In this document: positions 59,535 through 64,000 of the stretch, in pieces
How the letters are laid out: each line of letters begins with the position of its first letter
Position numbering within the stretch: the first letter of the stretch is position 1
NCBI GenBank assembly: GCA_013239625.1
Contig: MU054391.1
Coordinates: forward strand, 4,609,824-4,673,823
Direction: 5' to 3'
Origin: Lama guanicoe
Lineage: Eukaryota
Length of the DNA: 64,000 nt
The notes under the pieces: model-generated
The model's database searches: none
What the model was told of the DNA's origin: nothing
The model's input: only the letters and a program-made list of their open reading frames with translations
Program-made: the position numbers and the translations under genes

Positions 59535-59760
59535 GATCGTGGGCCCGGGGTGTAGACAACAGAATGAAACCCTGCCCCACCCCAGCACCAGCTGAATGAC
59601 CTTGGCAAGTCGTCCAACCTCTCATGCCTCAGTTATCGCATCTGTAAAATGGAGGCAAATAAACTCAACTTCACAGGGTTTCGATGAGGATTGAATGAAT
59701 TGATACCAGGCAAGTGCTTTAAGCAAGGGTAGCCTGGAGGAGGCACTAAAAGGTCTGCTA
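59535..59760 (+). mobile_element. MIR SINE
   Basis: accagctgaatgaccttggcaagtcgtccaacctctcatgcctcagttatcgcatctgtaaaatggagg...cttcacagggtttcgatgaggattgaatga. Confidence 0.85.
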
Positions 59761-60971
59761 TATTTTTGGTACTGGTTTCAAATTAAAATGAAACTAAAAG
59801 TTTCTAAGACAGATGTAAGTGCAAACTGCCAAACCCTTAATGCAAATTATTATTATTATTTTTTACTGAGAATGGGAAGGGATGTGTATTACTCTAATGA
59901 TACAGTCAATATAATAATACATGTATCAGACAAGAATTCTCCCCAAAAAAGATCCTGTAGTGGGAAGGAAGGTAAAAACTGGTTCCAAGAACATACCTGT
60001 TTCTGTGTCCTGTCCTTTCATACAACTATTCTGGGTTAAAAAAAATGATGTCACTTATTGAATAGAGAAGCAAACACTAAAACCCTGCAAGTTATTTGGA
60101 AAATCCAGCACAAACCAACAGAAGACGAAATTTCCCATGGGCTAAACCAACAGGAAGTTTCCATCAGACCTGAATTTCTTCATAAAATGATTGAAAATGC
60201 TCTTTTGTTCCTGTTCCCCTTTGCTACCAAGTTAAAGGAAAGAAAACTGGGTCATGCATTCAACATGAGAACGAAAGAGGTTACCACACCAGCCAGGGGT
60301 AAAAAGAGAAGTTTTCTGACAGCACATACCACCTCTCGAACCCGCCAAGAGGAGAACTCAGTCTCGGAAAGCAATTATTTTGAAAGTCCACCATGGGAAG
60401 ACTTGGTTTCACAGAGGAGCACAGTGTAGAAAGGCAGTTACCAGCCTAAGACCGCAGAACCCAAAGGTGTTCAGAGCTCACAGTTTTAGTTCCAGGCAGA
60501 GGGGGCAGGAGATGGTTATCTGCTGGGAGTGTGGTCAGTGGTCAGCCTCGCAGGGCTGCAGCCCCTGGGTGTTCTGTGCAAGGACCTGCTAACCTAGGGC
60601 CACCACGAAGGAGCCTCACAAGTAGAAAAGCAGAAACAGCAGTTACTCTCATGTGTGTCACCCATGTCACCACCTCAACTGCCATGCACCCTCCCCGGAA
60701 AGACGGAGGAGTCGTCGACCTGCTTTGTGAGCTGAACGCCACCCTGCAAAGTGAAGTGGCATCGTTAGCCATCAGTCTCCTAAGGGACAGAGGACCGTCC
60801 ACACCAACTCACAGGTAGCTGCTGAAGGCTTTGCCTTGTCCCCTGAATACAGTTAAATAATTGCACAAAGTGGATTTCCACTTAGCCTTGTTAAATTAGT
60901 CAAGAAATGAAGGAGAAGGAAGAATTCCTACTCCACGTAGCCAGCTGGGCTTAAACTTGATCTAACAGATC

Positions 60972-61080
60972 AACAGTTAAAACTTTCTGGTCTCAGGACC
61001 TCTTTGCACTCTTAAAAATCGGAATTCCCAAGGGTTTTTTTATGAGGGTTGTCATACTTACCAAGTAGAAATTTAAACTG
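60972..61080 (+). mobile_element. Charlie1-family hAT transposon terminal fragment
   Basis: aaactttctggtctcaggacctctttgcactcttaaaaat...tagaaatttaaactg matches the recalled Charlie1 end (AAACTTTTTGGTCTCAGGACCCCTTTACACTCTTAAAAAT). Confidence 0.7.
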
Positions 61081-62929
61081 TGCAGACACTGTCACTAGGA
61101 ATTGAGACCAAAAGGTTCAACGCTAACCCAAGCTTCCAAGAGGTCAGATGGTCACCGAGCTGCAGGGGAAGGATGTTCGCGGGGGTGCGGGAGGAAGGCT
61201 GGGACCCGGCACAGCGCCGACGCGCCTCCGAAGGCTGGCGGTGCACGTGCACGCTTGGAAACAAACCGGACCCCGCGGAAAGTAACTGTGGTTGTTTGTG
61301 ATGGTTCCACAGCCTGAGCAAAGGGCAGGGCGCCCTGCTACCTTTTACCTGAGCGACCTCCCATCATTCCCTTACGAGTACAAGGATGGTGCCGCCTCCA
61401 GTTGGCAGGAGCCATCGTGAGAGCTGGCGGGACTAACCTAACGAGGGGGGAAGAGCTAGCAGAGGTTGGGGAGGGACTCCAACATGGCCCTTCCTAATTC
61501 CAAAGGCCAGGCTCTCTCACCTGGCTGATGCTCATTTCCTACAATGGACCATGTCTTTCCCTGTGCTCACTTACGGGCTGGTGACTCCTGGCTCTGGCTT
61601 CTTAGACAGTCACCATTCTACTCTAACCTATTGGCCTGGTGGTTTTTCCTCCTGACAAAAATTTTCTTCTAAATTGTGAACACAGAGTGCTTGCTCAACG
61701 TTCTGAAATCAGAAACTATATTTTTTAACGGTCAGAACCATAACGAAGTGATGAGTATCTCCTGACAAATGTGTGTTCTTGCCCAGAGGGGGCAGCCTCT
61801 GGGCTGGGGACACTGCTGACTCATCCACGTGACCTGGGACCCGGAGACGTTCCACACGTGTTTGTTGAATTGCCTGCTTAGTACGTGTGTTGCATCTATT
61901 GTCTGTACATACATGGATATAGATGGTCTCTGATTTAAAATTGATTGCTCTAGATCACATTAGAGCCATATTAATCTTGTAGACCAAGGAGAAAGTGATC
62001 ATTGCTGTGCTAAGTTTTCTTTCTCCGTTAGCTATTTGATTTATACTCACCATTACCAGGCACCAGGTAGAGGGACCTTCAGCATGTCAGGCCCGTCTCT
62101 AACATGGCAACAGCCAAATCTGAGGCTTCCTGATTCAGACCTTCCTGATAAATTAGCAACAAATGCAGGGCTTCAGGGCATGTGAGGGAGTGTAGTTCAG
62201 AAAGAGCAGGAAAAAAGGCACTCACACAACCCTAAATTATGGGGAAAAAAGAATGATCATTCCACCAGAACTTCTAAGACAGAAGGTCTCCTGAAGAATA
62301 TCCCTGCAGAACACCAGCCAGTTTCCACGGAACGGGAAGGTCCATTAACACGTGGTCAGAGACATCTCTGGGGACCAGCTGCCGCCAGGTCAGAAAGGGA
62401 GATGGAGCAGAGGTGATGGGGAAGGGGAGAGTGACTTTTCACACAGAAGAAGAGAGACGCAGGGCAAAGTAGGGCAATCTTGTCGTGTTGTAAACAAGCC
62501 TTTTATTCACAGTTGTGGATCAGTGTGAATCAACACCAGCTACGAAGAAAAAGAAGAGAAAGAAAATTGGGCCTCCCAGATAAACATCTGACGAGCATCC
62601 CGTGAACGCTTCCAAACCTAGAAAGGAAAAAAAAAATAATCAGGGCTTTAAAAAAAAGAGAGAGGCTCAGATCGAAAAAAACATCAAAAATCAAGAGCTT
62701 CCATTTCTTAACATTGAGATCCAGGCCCCTCACTGCTATCAGCCTTTTCATTTCAATGTCACTGTTCTTTTTTCTTTCTCTTTGATTCAGAGATTAGCCG
62801 AGTGTATTAATACATGTTTCCCACTTCCTGCCCACACGCTTTTATCTGCGTTTCTTCAAGGTCTCACCATGAGACACAGGCAAGTTCTTCAAAAACCGAT
62901 GCGACTTCCCCGGCCAGCTGTTAGCTAGT

Positions 62930-63490
62930 CATTTCCTGCTGTAATTTATGGATGGCACAAAAGGCTTCCTTCAGTCCAAGCTCTGTTACAGGTGCCCAGG
63001 AGCCAGATCTGAACAAGGCAGAAGAGGACCTGGCTTTCCTGGAGCGTGGGCTCTAGTTGAAAGAGACAGATGCTAAAGAAGGAACAGACATTAAGTCACC
63101 ATCGCGCGTGATAAGTACCCCGAAGTGGGTAGCACAGGGTGACAGGCTAGACTAGAATCATCTCGGCAAGATGTTCAAACCAGGACGGTGAGAAAGGAGG
63201 GGCTGTGAGATGTTTGGGGAAAGAAGATTCTAGAAAGAATCGAAGATATAAAATCTTTGGGGCAAGCACAAGGTTGGCATGTTCCAAAAAAAAGTCAAAG
63301 ACGGTTGAGACGGCTGAAATCCAAGAATAACAACAGAAAATGAGATGGGGCAGAAAACACAGGTAGAGGCCAGATCACGCAGAGCTTTCTAGGTCAAAGC
63401 AAGGGAGCTGAATTTCACACAAGGGGCAATGGAAGCTCCCAGAAATGTCTTCAGCAAAGTAGATTTACCTTTTAGAAAATGCTGACTAAT
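62930..63490 (-). mobile_element. L2 LINE 3' region
   Basis: tgaacaaggcaga..acctggctttcctggagc..tctagt...ttggcatgttcc...ggtagaggccagatcacgcagagctttctaggtcaaagcaagggagctgaattt..gggcaatggaagc. Confidence 0.8.
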
Positions 63491-64000
63491 GCTTTTAGGA
63501 AATATGCAACCCGGTGCCAAACTCTGCCTTAAGTGGCATTATTGCCACCCAGGAGGTAGGGGAGGCTGTTAGGACATCTATCAGAAATTCCATTTTTAAT
63601 AGATTTCTGATTCCATCGCAAAAAAAAAAAAACAGCTCTGGGCTCATACTTGGCTTGGCATATATTAAAAATCTGTTTGGAAGCAAACTGTTTTTTAAAG
63701 TACCTTTGGTTTTAATTAGTTTAGCATTTTAATTTTGAGAAAGGATGAGAACCCTTAATAAGAAGCATTTTCCATTTGGGTGTTTAAATCTGTACCATAA
63801 TGTTACATTAAAATCGTTGCTGGTGTGTTAATTAATAATTATCTTAGGAATATTGCAAATGTGAAAGGCCACCGTGGCTCACCAGCTTCATCTGAGCTCA
63901 CTCCCTTTAAAAATTCTATTACTTCTTGCTACAAGTGACAAGATCGTTTAATTTCTTCAATGTGACATTCTTATTACACATAGGGCTTTTCATCTAAGTG

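Noticed and set aside
1..64000. The 60-184 aa ORFs in the supplied track as protein-coding genes
   Set aside because: They are overlapping, low-complexity frames expected by chance in GC-rich mammalian DNA, and many begin at non-ATG codons. The only recognisable ones are decayed L1 or ERV-L frames.
1..64000. CRISPR array, prokaryotic operon or defence system, or NUMT
   Set aside because: No regularly spaced repeat-spacer array, no gene-dense architecture and no mitochondrial-like sequence seen. The DNA is plainly mammalian nuclear.
1..64000. Naming the host or neighbouring gene
   Set aside because: No recognisable host exon is present, and mixed L1 and LTR orientations do not establish whether the window is intronic or intergenic.

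Overview
This window is non-coding, GC-moderate to GC-rich mammalian DNA. It is almost certainly from a camelid (alpaca, llama or camel), because it holds three tRNA-derived Vic-1-type SINEs and cetartiodactyl-type L1 3' ends. I recognise no intact protein-coding gene or RNA gene. The supplied ORFs are short chance frames or decayed retroelement frames. The window is a mosaic of ancient repeats (MIR, L2, MER5, MER53, MER117, Charlie1, MLT1, LTR16, MER31, old L1), a few younger insertions, and repeat-poor stretches with enhancer-like motif clusters. The richest structure is an ancient two-LTR ERV-L provirus on the minus strand (~35.25-40.08 kb; gag-pro-RT-RNase H relics, integrase apparently deleted). 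Its gag carries two nested insertions: a 5'-truncated PSMA5 processed pseudogene that the ORF track misses, and a poly(A)-less internal L1 fragment flanked by an 8-bp direct repeat. Other points of interest are a solo ERV1-type LTR with CCAAT, TATA, poly(A) signal and TSD intact, a SINE with a tail-like segment in front of its head, an L1>MIR>MER31 nest, ancient repeats locally rewritten into CpG-rich patches, and two orphan exon candidates. I found no convincing evidence of a wholly new biological system. Repeat family names come from recalled consensus sequences, not a database search, and most boundaries are approximate.
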